Source: Malacoraja senta
Taxonomy: Eukaryota
DNA: 64,000 nucleotides
Assembly: GCA_038087875.1 (NCBI GenBank)
Contig: CM075995.1
Coordinates: 4,466,001 to 4,530,000 of the forward strand
Reading direction: 5' to 3'
In this document: piece by piece, positions 1-12,385 of the stretch
Layout: each line of letters opens with the position of its first letter
How positions within the stretch are numbered: the first letter of the stretch is position 1
Notes under the pieces: generated by a model
What the model saw: only the letters and a program-made list of their open reading frames with translations
Told to the model about the DNA's origin: nothing
The model's database searches: none
Program-made: the position numbers and the translations under genes

Positions 1-69
1 CAACACAGCACGGGAGCTGAAGGTGTTGATAGATGATTCTGAGAGCATCATTTTTATCAACTTGGACAG
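1..69 (+). CDS. MRS2: MRS2 internal coding exon, truncated by the window start
   Basis: Reads NTARELKVLIDDSESIIFINLD from base 2, then donor AG|GTTGGT at 69/70. Confidence 0.9.
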
Positions 70-3000
70 GTTGGTTAATGCCTGCATCCCTCCCCTCAAT
101 GAATCATGGTGTATTTGCTACATTATGTGCATCCCTTCCCCCGTATTTCAGTTTAGTTTATTGTCACGTGTACCGAGGTACAGTGAAAAGCTTTAAGGGC
201 CTGCCCCACTTGGGCGTCATTTGCGCGTCATTTACGCGACATCCTAAAAATTGGATGGCACGTCGCGACGCGCGCGTGGTGAGGCATGGTGGCGTATGCA
301 GTGACGCGAGGTAACGCGCGGCGCCCCAGGATTTTGCAGTGCTCAAAATCCTTGTGTATCCCTTGCGCACGCTGATGTACTGATGGCGTACGTGTAGCGC
401 GTGATGACGCATGGTTACACACGGTGACGCACGAACATTGCCTATGCTAATTTATTATGCGTAACCGTGCATCAACGTCCCTAACCATGCGCTGCCCGTA
501 CGCCGTTGGCGCGCCATTTGCTCGTCATTTGAGCGCCGCACCACTTGACCACCCGGGTATAAAGCGCGTGTAGTTTTGAAAAATTTTCACCATAGTATCT
601 TTGATTTTGACTGGGAAGATCCTTGTCAAGGAGATCGGACTAAGTACGAACGACATCGCAAATGGCTCCCAAAAGAATCAGGGCCCTCAAGAGCACTTGG
701 CGCGCGACTGTCGTACTGCTAGACGATTTTCGCACGACAGTCGCGCAACTGTCGCTCGTCAGTCACTACCGGCCTGTCGCGTAAATGACGCGCAAATGAC
801 GCCTAAGTGGGACAGGCCCTTTGGTTGTTTGCTAACCAGTCAGCGGAAAGACAATACATGATTACAATCGAGCCATTCACGGTGTATAAATACATGATAA
901 GGGAATGACGTTTAGTTGAAGGTAAAGCCAGCAAAGTACCTACACCAAGTTAAAAAATGGGCGGCACATGGCACTGCGGTAGAGTTGCTGCCTTACAGCG
1001 GCAGAGACCCAGGTTCGATCCTGACTACGGGTGCTGTCTGTACAGAGTTTGTACGTTCTCCCTGTGATGGCATGGGTTTTCTCTGGGTGCTCCAGATTCT
1101 TCCCACGCACCAAAGACGTACATGTTTGTAGGTTAATTGGCTTCTGTAAATTTTCCCTAGTATCTAGGTTACTGCTAGTGTACGGGGGTAATCGCTGGTC
1201 AGCGTGGACTCGTTGGGCTGAAGGGCCTATTTCCATGCTATATCTTAAGTCTAAAAAGTCATGAGAGTAGAATTAGGCCATTTCGCCCATCAAGTCTACT
1301 CCGCCATTCAATTATGGCTGATCTATCTTTCCCTCTCAACCCCATTCTCCTGTCTTCTCCCAGTAAACTTTGACGCCTTTAGTGATCTAGAAATCACATT
1401 TACTAATCCCATTTACCTGCATTAGGTCCATATTCTTATATGCCCTTGGCATTTAAATACTAGTTTGGACGCTTCTCAAAAATCATAAGAGTATCTGCCT
1501 CCACAGGCTCCACTGCCTTCAGGCAACATATTTCAGACTCCAACCACCGTGTGAAAAGAGTCCCCTTCTGATCTATTTTTTGGTTGTGTATATAACTTTG
1601 CCCTTGTCTCTCTTCCAACCCATTAATCTATATGTACTAAACGTTATTCCCTTCATCATGTATCTGGACACTGTGGGCGGCTTGATTGTGATCATGTAGT
1701 CATAGAGTGATACAGTGTGGATTCAGACCCTTTGGCCCAACTTGCCCACAGTGGCCAACATGTCCCATCTACACGAGTCCCACCTGCCCATGTTTGATCC
1801 ATATCCCTCCAAACCTGTCCTATCCACTATCTTGGCCATTAGACTATACTATGGACATCAAGATGAGTCCCAATCAATTGAACTGTCCCTCTCCGTTACA
1901 CAAATGGCAATCTAAATTCTCTCTGGTAGGATTGGAAGATGGTAATGGCACTACCTGTAGAAGACTACAAGAGATGTGTGTTGTGATCCACAGGTCATGC
2001 TTTTGTGCAACTCAAGATCTTCAATCCATTGATCAGGGTGGTGCAGCAGATGAGTTGAAGTGCCAGAGACCTGTGTTACGAGTGCTGTCTGTACAGAATT
2101 TGCACGCTCTCCCTGTGACCGCGTGGGTTTCCTCCAGGTGCTCCGGATTCCTCCCACATTCCAAGGACGTGCAGGTTTGGAGGTTAATTGGCTTAGGTAA
2201 AATTGTAAATTCTCCCGAGAGTGTAGGATGGTGCTAGTGCATGGGGTGATCGCTGGTCGACGCAGACTCAGTGGGCTGAAGGGCCTGTTTCCATGCTGTG
2301 TCGAAAGACCTTCTGAATTGTCAGGACTTTGTCTCGCATCTTGGGTTTGAGCTACCCTCTAGAAAATTGAGGGGATGACTTTGGTCTTTCCAGGACAGTG
2401 CTGCCATGACAGGTTGGAAGACGTCTGCTGATTTGGATAGCCTTGGAATAGTTTGTTAGTCACCACTGACATTGAGATTGGAGCAGGGTGTGATGACCAA
2501 ATCACATTGGCTGATGTCAACCAACAAAGTGGAAAGAAGCATCTTGCAAAATTAGCTGATGGCACAGCAGAAGTGAGATCTGTGAAGGCGGGTACAACAG
2601 GCAGTGAATAAAGCTAATGGCATGTTGGCATTCATTGCGAGAGGATTTGAGTTTGGGAGCAAGGAGGTCCCACTGCAGTTGTACAGGGCCCTGGTGAAAC
2701 AACACCTAGAGCAATTTTGGTCTCCTAATTTGAGAAAGGACATTATTGCTATTGAGGGCGTGCAGCGTTGGTTCACCAGGTTAATTCCCAGGATGGCAGG
2801 ACTGACGTATGATGAAAGAATGGATCGACTGGGCTTGTATTCGCTGGAATTTAGAATGAGAGGGGATGTTATAGAAACATATAAAATTCTTAGAGGATTG
2901 GACAGGGTAGATGCGGGAAATATGTTCCCGATGTTGGAGGAGTCCAGAACCAGGGGTCACAGTTTAAGAATAAGGGGTAGGCCATTTAGGACTGAAGTGA

Positions 3001-6000
3001 GGAAAACCATTTTCACCCAGAGAGTTGTGAATCTGTGGAATTCTCTGTCCCAGAAGGCAGTGGAGGCCAATTCACTGGATGTTTTCAAGAGAGAGTTAGA
3101 TTTAGCTCTTGGGGCTAAGGGAATCAAGGGATATGGGGGGAAAAGCTGGAACGGGGTACTGATTTTAGATCAGCAATGGTCATATTGAATGGCGGTGCTG
3201 GCTCAAAGGGCCAAATAGCCTACTCCTGCACCTATGTTTCTATGTATTGTCTTTCTGCTGACTGGTTAGCACTCAGCAAAAGGTTTTCACTGTGTAAGAG
3301 GAACTGCAGATGCTGGTTTAAACCGAAGATAGACACAAAAGGCTGGAGTAACTCAGCTGGACAGGCAGCATCTCTGGAGAGAAGGAATGGGTGACATTTC
3401 GGGTCGGGACCCTTCTTCAGAAAAGTCTAAAGAAGGGTCTCATCCCGAAACGTCTCCCATTCTTTCTCTCCAGAGATGCTACCTGGCCCGCTGAGGGACT
3501 CCAGCTTTTTATGTAAAGCTTTTCACTGTACCTTGGTACACGTGTCAACAAACTATATATATTTTTTAAATCTGTTATTTTCCACTCTTCTTTGACTGGT
3601 ATGGGTTCTCTTTTCATCCCTTTAGCTTCATCTCACCAACCGGGATGTATTTATATGGAACACTTGCTGTGAAACGTTTCCCCAGTTTTCCTTGTCTTGA
3701 AGTAAGCTTTTGCTCAACACCACCCATCCCAGCCAGTATCCACCCGCCACCTCACCTGCCAATCCTTGTCTCTTCTTTATGTAGAAAGAAACAGCAGATG
3801 CTGGTTTACACTGAAGATAGACAGAAAATGCTGGAGTAACTCAGTGGGTCAGGCAGCATCTCTGGAGAAAAGAAATAGGTGACCTTTTCTCCAGAGATGC
3901 CGCCTGACCCGTTTGAGTTACTCCAGCATTTTGTCTATTCATATCTCTTCTTTTCTCCTCTTGATAGTTTATTCCTTCCACTTCTGCGAAGTCCCTTGCA
4001 ACATAGGTGTTGGTTTTAAAAACAACCAATTGGGCACTAACGATGATTGCATAAAGCGCAAAGTTTAGCTTTAAAATATTGTACCATCAGACTGAAAATT
4101 GCTCCCGAAGACTTGATGTCATCGTGCATGTTTTGCTGTATAACTTGCTCCTTCCCTCTCACCCGGGCCACAAACTCTTTGAATCACTTCCATCTGGAAG
4201 GCGACTCCGGACTGTCAAAGCTGCCACAGCCAGATATAAAAACAGTTTTTATCCACGAGTAGTTGCTCTACTCAACAGCCAAAAATCTGTAGCCTCCCTT
4301 TGATTTCGTATTTTGTTGGTTCACATGCTTGATCAATGGTGTTTTATCATTTATGTTTTATTATTATTAATGTTTAGTGTTTTCTGAGTCATTCGTAACT
4401 GTCACAGTATGTCATGTTACTTGTGGGCGGAGCACCAAGGCAAATCCCTTGTATGTGAATACTTGGCCAATAAACTTACTTACTTCCAGGATCTGTGGAT
4501 GTGCACTGATTGATTTTGGTTTTCCGCAGCCATCGCAATGTGATGATGCGTTTGAACCTCCAGCTGACGATGGGAATGTTTTCCATTTCCCTCTTTGGAA
4601 TCCTTGGGGTTGCCTTTGGCATGAACTTGGAATCCTCCTTTGAAGAGGTGAGGTTGGTTTGACGTACGGTTTTGGTGATGAAGGTCACAGATGAAATACA
4701 GTGGGAGGGCTGAGCTGAGGCATGGTGCTATCTGAGGCCAGGTTGATTTTCGTTTGCCCTGACCCTGAAGAAAGAGCGGAGAGCTGGCTATAAAATGGGC
4801 AGTCTTTTCTCCCTGCAATTGATTGTCAGTGAGAATGTGCAGTAGATTTTAGTTTAGTTTTTAAGGTACAGCATGGAAATCATAAGGTTATAAGTGACTG
4901 GAATAGAATTAAGCCCATCAAGTCTACTCCGCCATTTAATCATGGCTGATCTATTCCTCCTAACCCCATTCTCCTGCCTTTTCCCCCATAACCTCTGACA
5001 CCTGTACTTATCAAAAATCTATATCTCTGCCTTAAAAACATCCACTGACGTGGCCTCCACAGCCTTCTGTGGAAACAGGCCCTTCAGCCCATGGAGTCCA
5101 CGCCAACCAACGATACCTCTACATTAGTTCTATCTTTATACTGGGGACAATTTACAGAAGTCAATTAACTTACAATCTCTTTGTTCTCTAACTTTTCATA
5201 CCTCTAGTTTACCTCTCCCCTGACAGTCTGAAGACGCGAAATGTCACCTATTCCTTTTCTCCAGAGATGTTGCCTGACCCGCCGAATTACTCAGCATTTT
5301 GTGTCTAACTTACAAACCTTTGGAGTGTGGCAGGAAACCAGAGCACCAGGAGATAACCTACTTGGTCACAGGGAGGACATGCAAATTCTGTACCGGCAGC
5401 TCCCATGGTCACGATCGAACCCAGGACTCTGGCGCTGTAAGACAGCAATTCTACCGCTGTGCCACAGTGCCAAAATGAAATGATGGAGCTGCAAAGTGAA
5501 TAGGTGGCATGAGGCAGAGTTGCTGCCTTACAGCGCCAGAGGCCCAGGTTCAATCCTGACTGCTGGTGCTGTCTGTATGGAGTTTGTACATTATCCCTGT
5601 GACCGCGTGGGTTTTCTTCGGGTGCTCTGGTTTCCTCCCACATTCCAAAGACATACTGGCTTCGGTAAAATTATAAATTGTCCCTAGTGCGTGGGATAGT
5701 GCTAGTGTATAGGGTGATCGCTGTTCGGCACGGACTCGCTGGGCCGAAGGGCCTGTTTCTGCGCTGTATCTCTAACGTCTAAAGTAAAGTCTTAAGTCAA
5801 ATAAAATTATGATTTTGTGTATCTATACACTGTAAATGGCTCGATTGTAATCATGTATTGTCTTTCTGCTGACTGGATAGCACGCGAAAAAAGATTCTCA
5901 CTGTACCTCGGTACACGTGACAATAAACTAAAACTAAACTGAAACTGACTGACTGTTGTTCATTTTCAGGACCCCAGGTTCTTCTGGTTGGTAACTGGAA

Positions 6001-7439
6001 TAATGTTTCTAGGGAGCGGACTAATGTGGCGACGCTTGCTATCGTTTCTTGGCCAGCACTTGGAACCGCCAGCACCCCCATCGGTATGTCTCAGTCCCAG
6101 AATTTCATTCTAAAAGGACAGAACGAGACCATTTTTCTCACTGACGCCATTCATCCTGTTTGAGAGTTAGCCAGTCATCCCAAACTTCGCTTTCTCCATA
6201 ACAGTACAAGTTCCTCACTTTCAGGTCCAATAATATTACCAATAATAAATCAATACCAATTTTCCTATTGGAGTCAATAATATTACAGAGGTGTATAAGA
6301 TCATGAAGGGCATAGATAGGGTAAAAGCACAAATTCTTCCAGGGTAAGAGAATTGTGAACTAGAGGGCATCGGTTTCAGGTAAGAAGTGAAAATTTAATA
6401 GGACCCTGAGGGGCAACTTTTTCACAGTGAAGGTGTTGGGTTTGTGAATCGAGCTGACAGAGACAGGTACAATAACAAAATTAAAAAGACATTTGGACAA
6501 GTACCCCGGTATATGTATGTGACGGATATGGGCCAAATGCAGGCAAATGATAAGACAAATTTATATAGGGCTTCTTGGATGGCATGGACGAGTTGGGCCG
6601 AATGGCTTATCTCTGTACTCTATGACTCTGACTCTACTGTGTTCTGTTACATAATTTAAAGACTGAAATGAACTGAAATTGTCAATTAGTATATTATAGT
6701 CTGTAATAATGTTTACAAAAGGATCTATTTAAGTGAGATATCGCATTCAAATTCACATGCATTCATGGATAATGAATATGTTGCACTTTTAGAAATGATA
6801 GCGTCCTTCTGTGGGGTTGTCTTTGTCATTCATTGTTGGGGAATGGGATCACTTGCAAGGTCAACATTTACTGGCCATCCCATCCTTGGCTGACCATGAG
6901 AATGAAGGGTTGAAGAAAGAACTGCAGATGCTGGAAAAATCAAAGGTAGACAAAAATGCTGGAGAAACTCAGCGGGTGAGGCAGCATTCATGGAGCGAAG
7001 GAATAGGTGACGTTTCGGGTCGAGACCCTTCTTCAGACGAATTTCTTCAGACGGATTTCAGACTGAGAATGAAGGGAGCCGCATTAGTGAATTCCTCCTT
7101 TTATAATGTCAATAGCTCGATTGTCTAAAGAAGGGTCTCGACCTGAAACTTCACCCATTCCTTCTCTCCTGAGATATTGCCCTGAGTTATTCCAGCATTT
7201 TGTGTCTATCTTCGGTTTAAACCAGCATCTGCAGTTCCTTCCTACACAGCTCGATTGTAATCATGTATTGTCTTTCTGCTGACTGGTTAGCACGCAACAA
7301 AAGCTTTTCACTGCTCCTCAGTACACGTGACAATAAACTAAACTAAACTCAACCTTTTTCTTTGTCCTAGATGCCCTCTATCTTGAAAAGATCACAGCTG
7401 CTGGGTGGAAGAGTCGACCTAAGGCACGGTTCAAAATGA
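1..7439 (+). CDS. MRS2: MRS2 mitochondrial Mg2+ channel (CorA/Mrs2 family), 3' part; coding exons <1-69, 4530-4647, 5970-6083, 7371-7439
   Basis: The spliced translation NTARELKVLIDDSESIIFINLDS|HRNVMMRLNLQLTMGMFSISLFGILGVAFGMNLESSFEE|DPRFFWLVTGIMFLGSGLMWRRLLSFLGQHLEPPAPPS|MPSILKRSQLLGGRVDLRHGSK* closely matches the vertebrate MRS2 C-terminus, including the GMN motif and two TM helices. All junctions are GT-AG. Confidence 0.95.
195..821. mobile_element. Non-autonomous PIF/Harbinger-like TIR element (MITE), CpG-rich
   Basis: About 45-bp terminal inverted repeats (AAGGGCCTGCCCCACTTGGGCGTCATTTGCGCGTCATTTACGCGACA and its near reverse complement at 774-821). It interrupts a common retroelement tail. 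Confidence 0.75.
959..1256 (+). mobile_element. tRNA-derived V-SINE (HE1-like); representative of at least 12 copies, others at about 2040, 5290(-), 5505, 7720, 20330(-), 29295(-), 42550, 52295, 55210, 61730(-) and 63640
   Basis: Head with pol III A box and B box (GGTTCGATCC), central GTTCTCCCCGTGAC...GGGTTTTCTC domain, and a tail GGGCCGAAGGGCCTGTTTCC shared with CR1-type LINE 3' ends in this window. Confidence 0.8.
2590..3247 (+). mobile_element. CR1-clade LINE (HER1-like), 5'-truncated 3' end
   Basis: ORF 2604-3188 is the ORF2 C-terminus ([14 protein letters not shown]...TRGHSLRI...VVNLWNSL), followed by the shared 3' UTR and a tandem tail. Confidence 0.9.
4530..4647 (+). CDS. MRS2: MRS2 exon with TM1 and the GMN selectivity motif
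   Basis: Acceptor ttttccgcag, 118 nt, HRNVMMRLNLQLTMG...AFGMNLESSFEE, donor GAG|gtgagg. Confidence 0.95.
5970..6083 (+). CDS. MRS2: MRS2 exon with TM2
   Basis: Acceptor cattttcag, 114 nt, DPRFFWLVTGIMFLGSGLMWRRLLSFLG..., donor TCG|gtatgt. Confidence 0.95.
7007..7038 (-). ncRNA. Minimal type-I hammerhead-ribozyme-like motif in a Penelope-derived repeat
   Basis: The minus strand reads GU-CUGAAGA-A-GGGU-CUCG-ACCC-GAAAC-GUC-AC: conserved core boxes, a 4-bp helix II and a palindromic ACGU helix III. Helix I is very short. Confidence 0.5.
7371..7439 (+). CDS. MRS2: MRS2 probable last coding exon
   Basis: Strong polypyrimidine acceptor ctttttctttgtcctag, phase 0, MPSILKRSQLLGGRVDLRHGSK then TGA; weak similarity to the human tail. 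Confidence 0.75.
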   Translation: MPSILKRSQLLGGRVDLRHGSK

Positions 7440-9309
7440 TAAAGATCCAAACGCGTCAATACGTTGATAATGGACTTTGAAGCTAAACCTGGTAGCACTG
7501 GATAGGAAGGATGATACAGGAGCAATATTTGTAGCACCATCTGCAAAGAGCAATTCAGTTCAGCAAATAAATTGCATTTGCATTTGGGATTGAAAGGGCA
7601 ATATTTCGGGTTGTTAAAAATCCGCAGCAATCCATAGGTTTTTATCATTTGTAACCCCGAGTTCACAAGTTGTTCTTTGTCTCTGCGCTTAAGTACACAG
7701 AGTGTTCTTTTCAAGGAGTGGCACAGGGGCGTCATAGTGGCTCACCTGTGGAGTGACTGCCTTACAGGTTCAATCCTGACTGCAGGTGTTATCCGTACGG
7801 AGTTTGTACGCTCTCCCCGTGATCACATGGGTGTTCTCCGGCTCCTCCGGTTTCCTTCCACACTCCAAGGACGTGCAGGTTTTAATAGGTTATGTGGCTT
7901 CAGTAAGTTGTAAAATTGTTCTTAGTGTGTGTAGGTCAGGGTATGGGGTGATCGCTAGTCGGTGTGAACTCGGTGGGCTGAAGGGCCTGTTTCTGCACTG
8001 TATCTGTATCTCTAAAGTGCAAAATTTCCAGTCTGTTTCCATCACTGTGTTACGGCAGGTTTTAGAAACCTTTGAAGATCAGACCCACGAGAGACAAAAA
8101 AAATTGAATTACACAGGGCATCTGCCCTTTCCAGGATAAAGTTTAGTGGGTTAATGCTTCCTGTAGTCATGCATTCCCCTTATTAAAACATAAAATTATG
8201 GCTATAGATTCTTATTTATTTTATCGTAATTACTTATGCATTAAAAGTCTTTGTAACTTACACAATCAGTGTTCTTTAGCTAAGAGTACTATTCAATTCA
8301 ATTCCTTTATTGTCATCTTGCAAGCAACAGTTGCGCAGTGCAAAACGAAAAGACGTTTCCCAGGGAATACCGGAGCATCGCACATGAAGTTTAAAACATT
8401 TCACACATAATAACAATACTAAAAACAATCCAGTCCCTGATGGAACAGTATAAAGTTAAAATAGATAAAAACAACGTTAAAATACAGTAAGACCAATCAT
8501 AAACATGTCCGGGGTGGCTGATTTGAGTGGCCAGTGCCAGTTATTGAAGTGGCCAGTGCCAGTTATTATAGTGTCCGTGCCAAGCCGCAGAATCAGGTGA
8601 CTGTGAGTACAGAGTGGCTGTTTAGCAGCCTCACAGCATATGGCAGGAATACTAGATAGATATTGCCAGTGAAATAGTGTTAACAGTTGGCTTTATGAGA
8701 TGTTAACACTCCCATCCCCACATGACAATTTAATTTAGGCAGCTTGTGTCATATCAGAGTATCTTTCTGCAGGTGAAATAAAATGTTCTGTCTCACATTT
8801 GGCACCTTTGTAGGTTGCTTCAATTTGATCCCTGTTGCTGATCCTTTGACTACTTCAAACAATTTCTTGAAAAGAATACATTTTATTAGCCAAGTATGTA
8901 GACATACCTGTACAAGGAATTTGCCTTGGTGCTTTGCTCGCAAGTAACAACACGACATACAGTAGATAATTAGAAATAAAACATTATAATTATATGATTA
9001 TAAATACATGTGAAGAATGAAATAAAATACCAGAGCAAAAGGAAGCTACAGACTTTTGGTTATTGAGTAGAGCTACTGCTCGTGGACAAAAGCTGTTTTT
9101 ATGTCTGGCTGTGGCAGCTTTGACAGTCCGGAATCGCCTTCAAGAGGGAAGTGATTCAAAGAGTTTGTGGCCAGGGTGAGAGGGGTCAGAGATGATCTTA
9201 CCCGCTCTCTTCCTGGCCCTTGCAGTGCACAGCTCGTCGATGGGGGAAAGGTTGCAGCCAACAACCTTCTCGGCTGATCGAACGATGCGCTGCAGCCTCC
9301 GGATGTCAT

Positions 9310-10512
9310 ACATAGATACATAGAAAATAGGTGCAGGAGTAGGCCATTTGGCCCTTCGAGCCTGCACTGCCATTCAATATGATCATGGCTGATCATCCAA
9401 CTCAGTATCCCGTACCTGCCTTCTCTCCATACCCCCTGATCCCTTTAGCCACAAGGGCCACATCTAACTCCCTCTTAAATATAGCCAATGAACTGGCCTC
9501 AACTACCTTCTGTGGCAGAGAGTTCCAGAGATTCACCACTCTCTGTGTGAAAAAGTTTTTCCTCATCTCGGTCTTAAAGGATTTCCCCCTTATCCTTAAG
9601 CTGTGACCCCTTGTCCTGGATTTCCCCAACATCGGGAACAATCTTCCTGCATCTAGTCTGTCCAACCCCATAAGAATTTTGTACGTTTCTATAAGATCCC
9701 CTCTCAATCTCCTAAATTCTAGCGAGTATAAGCCAAGTCTATCCAGTCTTTCTTCAAATGAAAGTCCTGACATCCCAGGAATCAGTCTGGTGAACCTTCT
9801 CTGCACTCCCTCTATCGCTATACTGTCCTTCCTCAGATTTGGAGACCAAAGCTGTACGCAATACTTCAGGTGTGGTCTCACCAAGACCCTGTGCAACTGC
9901 AGTAGAACCTCCCTGCTCCTATACTCAAATCCTCTTGCTATGAAGGCCAACATACCATTCGCTTTCTTCACTGCCTGCTGCACCTGCATGCCTACTTTCA
10001 ATGACTGGTGTACCATGACACCCAGGTCTCGCTGCATCTCCCCATTTCCTAATCGGCCACCATTTAGATAATAGTCTGCCTTCCCGTTTTTGCCACCAAA
10101 GTGGATAACCTCACATTTATCCACATTATACTGCATCTGCCAAACATTTGCCCACTCACCCAGCCTATCCGTCACCTTGCAGTCTCCTAGCATCCTCCTC
10201 ACAGCTAACACTGCCCCCCAGCTTAGTGTCATCCGCAAACTTGGAGATGTTGCTTTCAATTCCCTCGTCCAGATCATTAATATAAATTGTAAATAGCTGG
10301 GGTCCCAGCACTGAGCCTTGCGGTACCCCACTAGTCACTGCCTGCCATTGTGAAAAGGACCCGTTTACTCCTACTCTTTGCTTCCTGTTTGCCAGCCAGT
10401 TCTCTATCCACATCAATACTGAACCCCCAATACCGTGTGATTTAAGTTTGTATCCTAATCTCTTATGTGGTACCTTGTCGAAAGCCTTCTGAAAGTCCAG
10501 ATACAACACATC
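9310..10512 (-). mobile_element. CR1-clade LINE 3' fragment with RT domain (frameshifted)
   Basis: [22 protein letters not shown] and FADDTK motifs; flanked by the 7-bp duplication ATGTCAT (9303-9309 and 10513-10519). Confidence 0.9.
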
Positions 10513-10989
10513 ATGTCATGCTTGGTGGCTGAGCCAAACCAATCCATGATGGAGGTGAGGACAGACTCTATGATGGCAGTATAAAACTGGACCATCATTG
10601 CCTGTGGCAGATTGTGTTTTCTCAGCTGCCGCAGGAAGTACATCCTCTGTTGGGCCTTTTTGACTATGTAGTCAAAGGTGGCCTCCCAGTTAAGGACCCT
10701 GGAGATAATGGTTCCAAGGAACTTAAATGACTCCACAGATGTGATGGTAGTGTTGTTGATGGTGAGTGGAGGGAGGGGAGGGGGAGCTCTCCTAAAGTCT
10801 ACAATCAATTCCACTGTCTTAAGAGCATTGAGCTCCAGGTTGTTGCAATGGCACCAGGATACCAGCTGTCACTTCCTGTCTGAAGGCAGATTCTTCCCCA
10901 TCCTGGATCAGTCCAATCAGGGTTGTGTCGCCCGCAAACTTGAGAAGCTTGACAGAGGAATCTGTGGAGGTGCAGTCATTGGTGTAGAG

Positions 10990-11814
10990 CAGCGTTTCTC
11001 AACCGGGGTTCCGAGAGAAATAGTGATAAATAGGCTAATCATATGCAAATGCATTTGTCTCATTTTTGTGTTTAATTTCACACTCGTAATTTTATTATAC
11101 ACGTACGGCAGATTTAGCGATGTCTATTTAGCATATTTAGCGACATATTTAACGACGTCTATACGGCGCCAGTGTGAAACGGCAATATGGAGGTCGGGTC
11201 TTATTCCTAATATGGCGGAAGTGACGTTCCGTTGCGTTCCGTAGCGTACTACACGTCAGTCCATTGGATTTCGTAGGAGTGGTCTAGCTCCTCTAGTATC
11301 TTTGGTCCTGTCCATATCTTTGGTCCTGTCTGTGCTTCCTGACATGCAGGTAGTCCCTCATTCGCCCACGTTATTTAGTAATTTTTACCCATCATTTAGG
11401 AATGTTATATGAATTAAAAACATTTAAGTATGTTTATGTTTATTTTTGTTAGTTTATCAAGTTTATGTATGTTTTTGTTAATTTATGAAAAGTTTGTGTT
11501 CTCTCTCTCTCTCTCCCTCTCCCTTTCCCCCTCCCCCTCCCCCTCCACCTCCACCTCCCCCTCATCCAAGGTTCTGTTTGCCTTTATTTGCTTCCATTTT
11601 GAACAAGCAGTTTGATTTCATTTTTTTTGCATTGTCAATAATCTTGAGAAAAACGCATTATTTTTTTGCTTAAAGCAGTTATCAGAAAAATATTTGCCTT
11701 ATGAAAGAGAAAGAAAGAGATTAATAAAGATATATAATAATTTTTATATAGGTTCCCTGAGACATGAAAATTATTTCAAAGGTTCCGCAAGGATAAAAAG
11801 GTTGAGAAACGCTG
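10990..11814. mobile_element. Non-autonomous hAT (Charlie-like) DNA transposon
   Basis: Perfect 15-bp TIRs CAGCGTTTCTCAACC / GGTTGAGAAACGCTG; degenerate 8-bp TSD GTGTAGAG / GTTTAGCG. Confidence 0.85.
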
Positions 11815-12311
11815 GTTTAGCGAGAGTAAAGGAGAGGGGAGAGTACGCAGCCTTGCGGTGCTCGTGTTTTGTTTCACTGTACAAAAGCCATTAATAATTT
11901 TGAACAAAGATAGACACAAAATGCTGGAGTAACTCAGCGGGACAGGCAGCATCTCTGGAGAGAACGAATGGGTGACGTTTTGGATTGAGACCCTTCTTCA
12001 GACGTCTCGACCCGAAACGTCCCTATTCCTTCTCTCCAGAGATGCTGTCTGTCCCGCTGAGTTACTCCAGCAGTTTGTGTCTATCTTCGGTGTAAACCAG
12101 CTTCTTGCTCCCTTTCTTTGAACCCTTGCTCTACAATACCTCTACTCACTTGCTATCAATAACTCCTTAAAATATCCTTATCAGATCTATCTAAAAACTG
12201 TTTTAGAACTATTTGGCAGTAAAAACCTTTTTCCCAGGGTGGAAATGTCCTACACTAGAGGGCATAGCTACAGTATATGGTGAGAGGGGGACAGACTAAT
12301 GGAGGCGCAGG

Positions 12312-12385
12312 AGTCTAGGGCACCAGGTATTCCCAGACGGTTTCCCATCCTAGCCTGAGCTTGCTGAGCTTCCGAGATCAGACGA
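12312..12385 (-). pseudogene. 5S rRNA-derived fragment (pseudogene or SINE3-type remnant)
   Basis: The reverse complement TCGTCTGATCTCGGAAGCTCAGCA...GGATGGGAAACCGTCTGGGAATACCTGGTGC matches the 3' two-thirds of vertebrate 5S rRNA, with an internal deletion of about 10 nt. Confidence 0.85.

Larger units (their letters stand above)
8870..11862 (-). mobile_element. Rex1/Babar-like LINE fragment, split by a CR1 insertion (9310-10512) and a hAT insertion (10990-11814)
   Basis: The RT C-terminal reading ELIVDFRR...FKFLGT...KKAQQRMYFLRQL...SATKHD continues as IRRLQRIVRSAEK...DPSHPGHKLF across the CR1 insert. Confidence 0.8.

Noticed and set aside
959..1030. tRNA genes at the GGTTCGATCC motifs
   Set aside because: Each continues into the same SINE body and LINE-like tail, and none shows a complete cloverleaf.
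8650..8870. Possible GPLD1 exon remnant in the largest non-repeat stretch of the intergenic gap
   Set aside because: The minus-strand translation shows no resemblance to GPLD1 by eye; a sensitive search is still needed.
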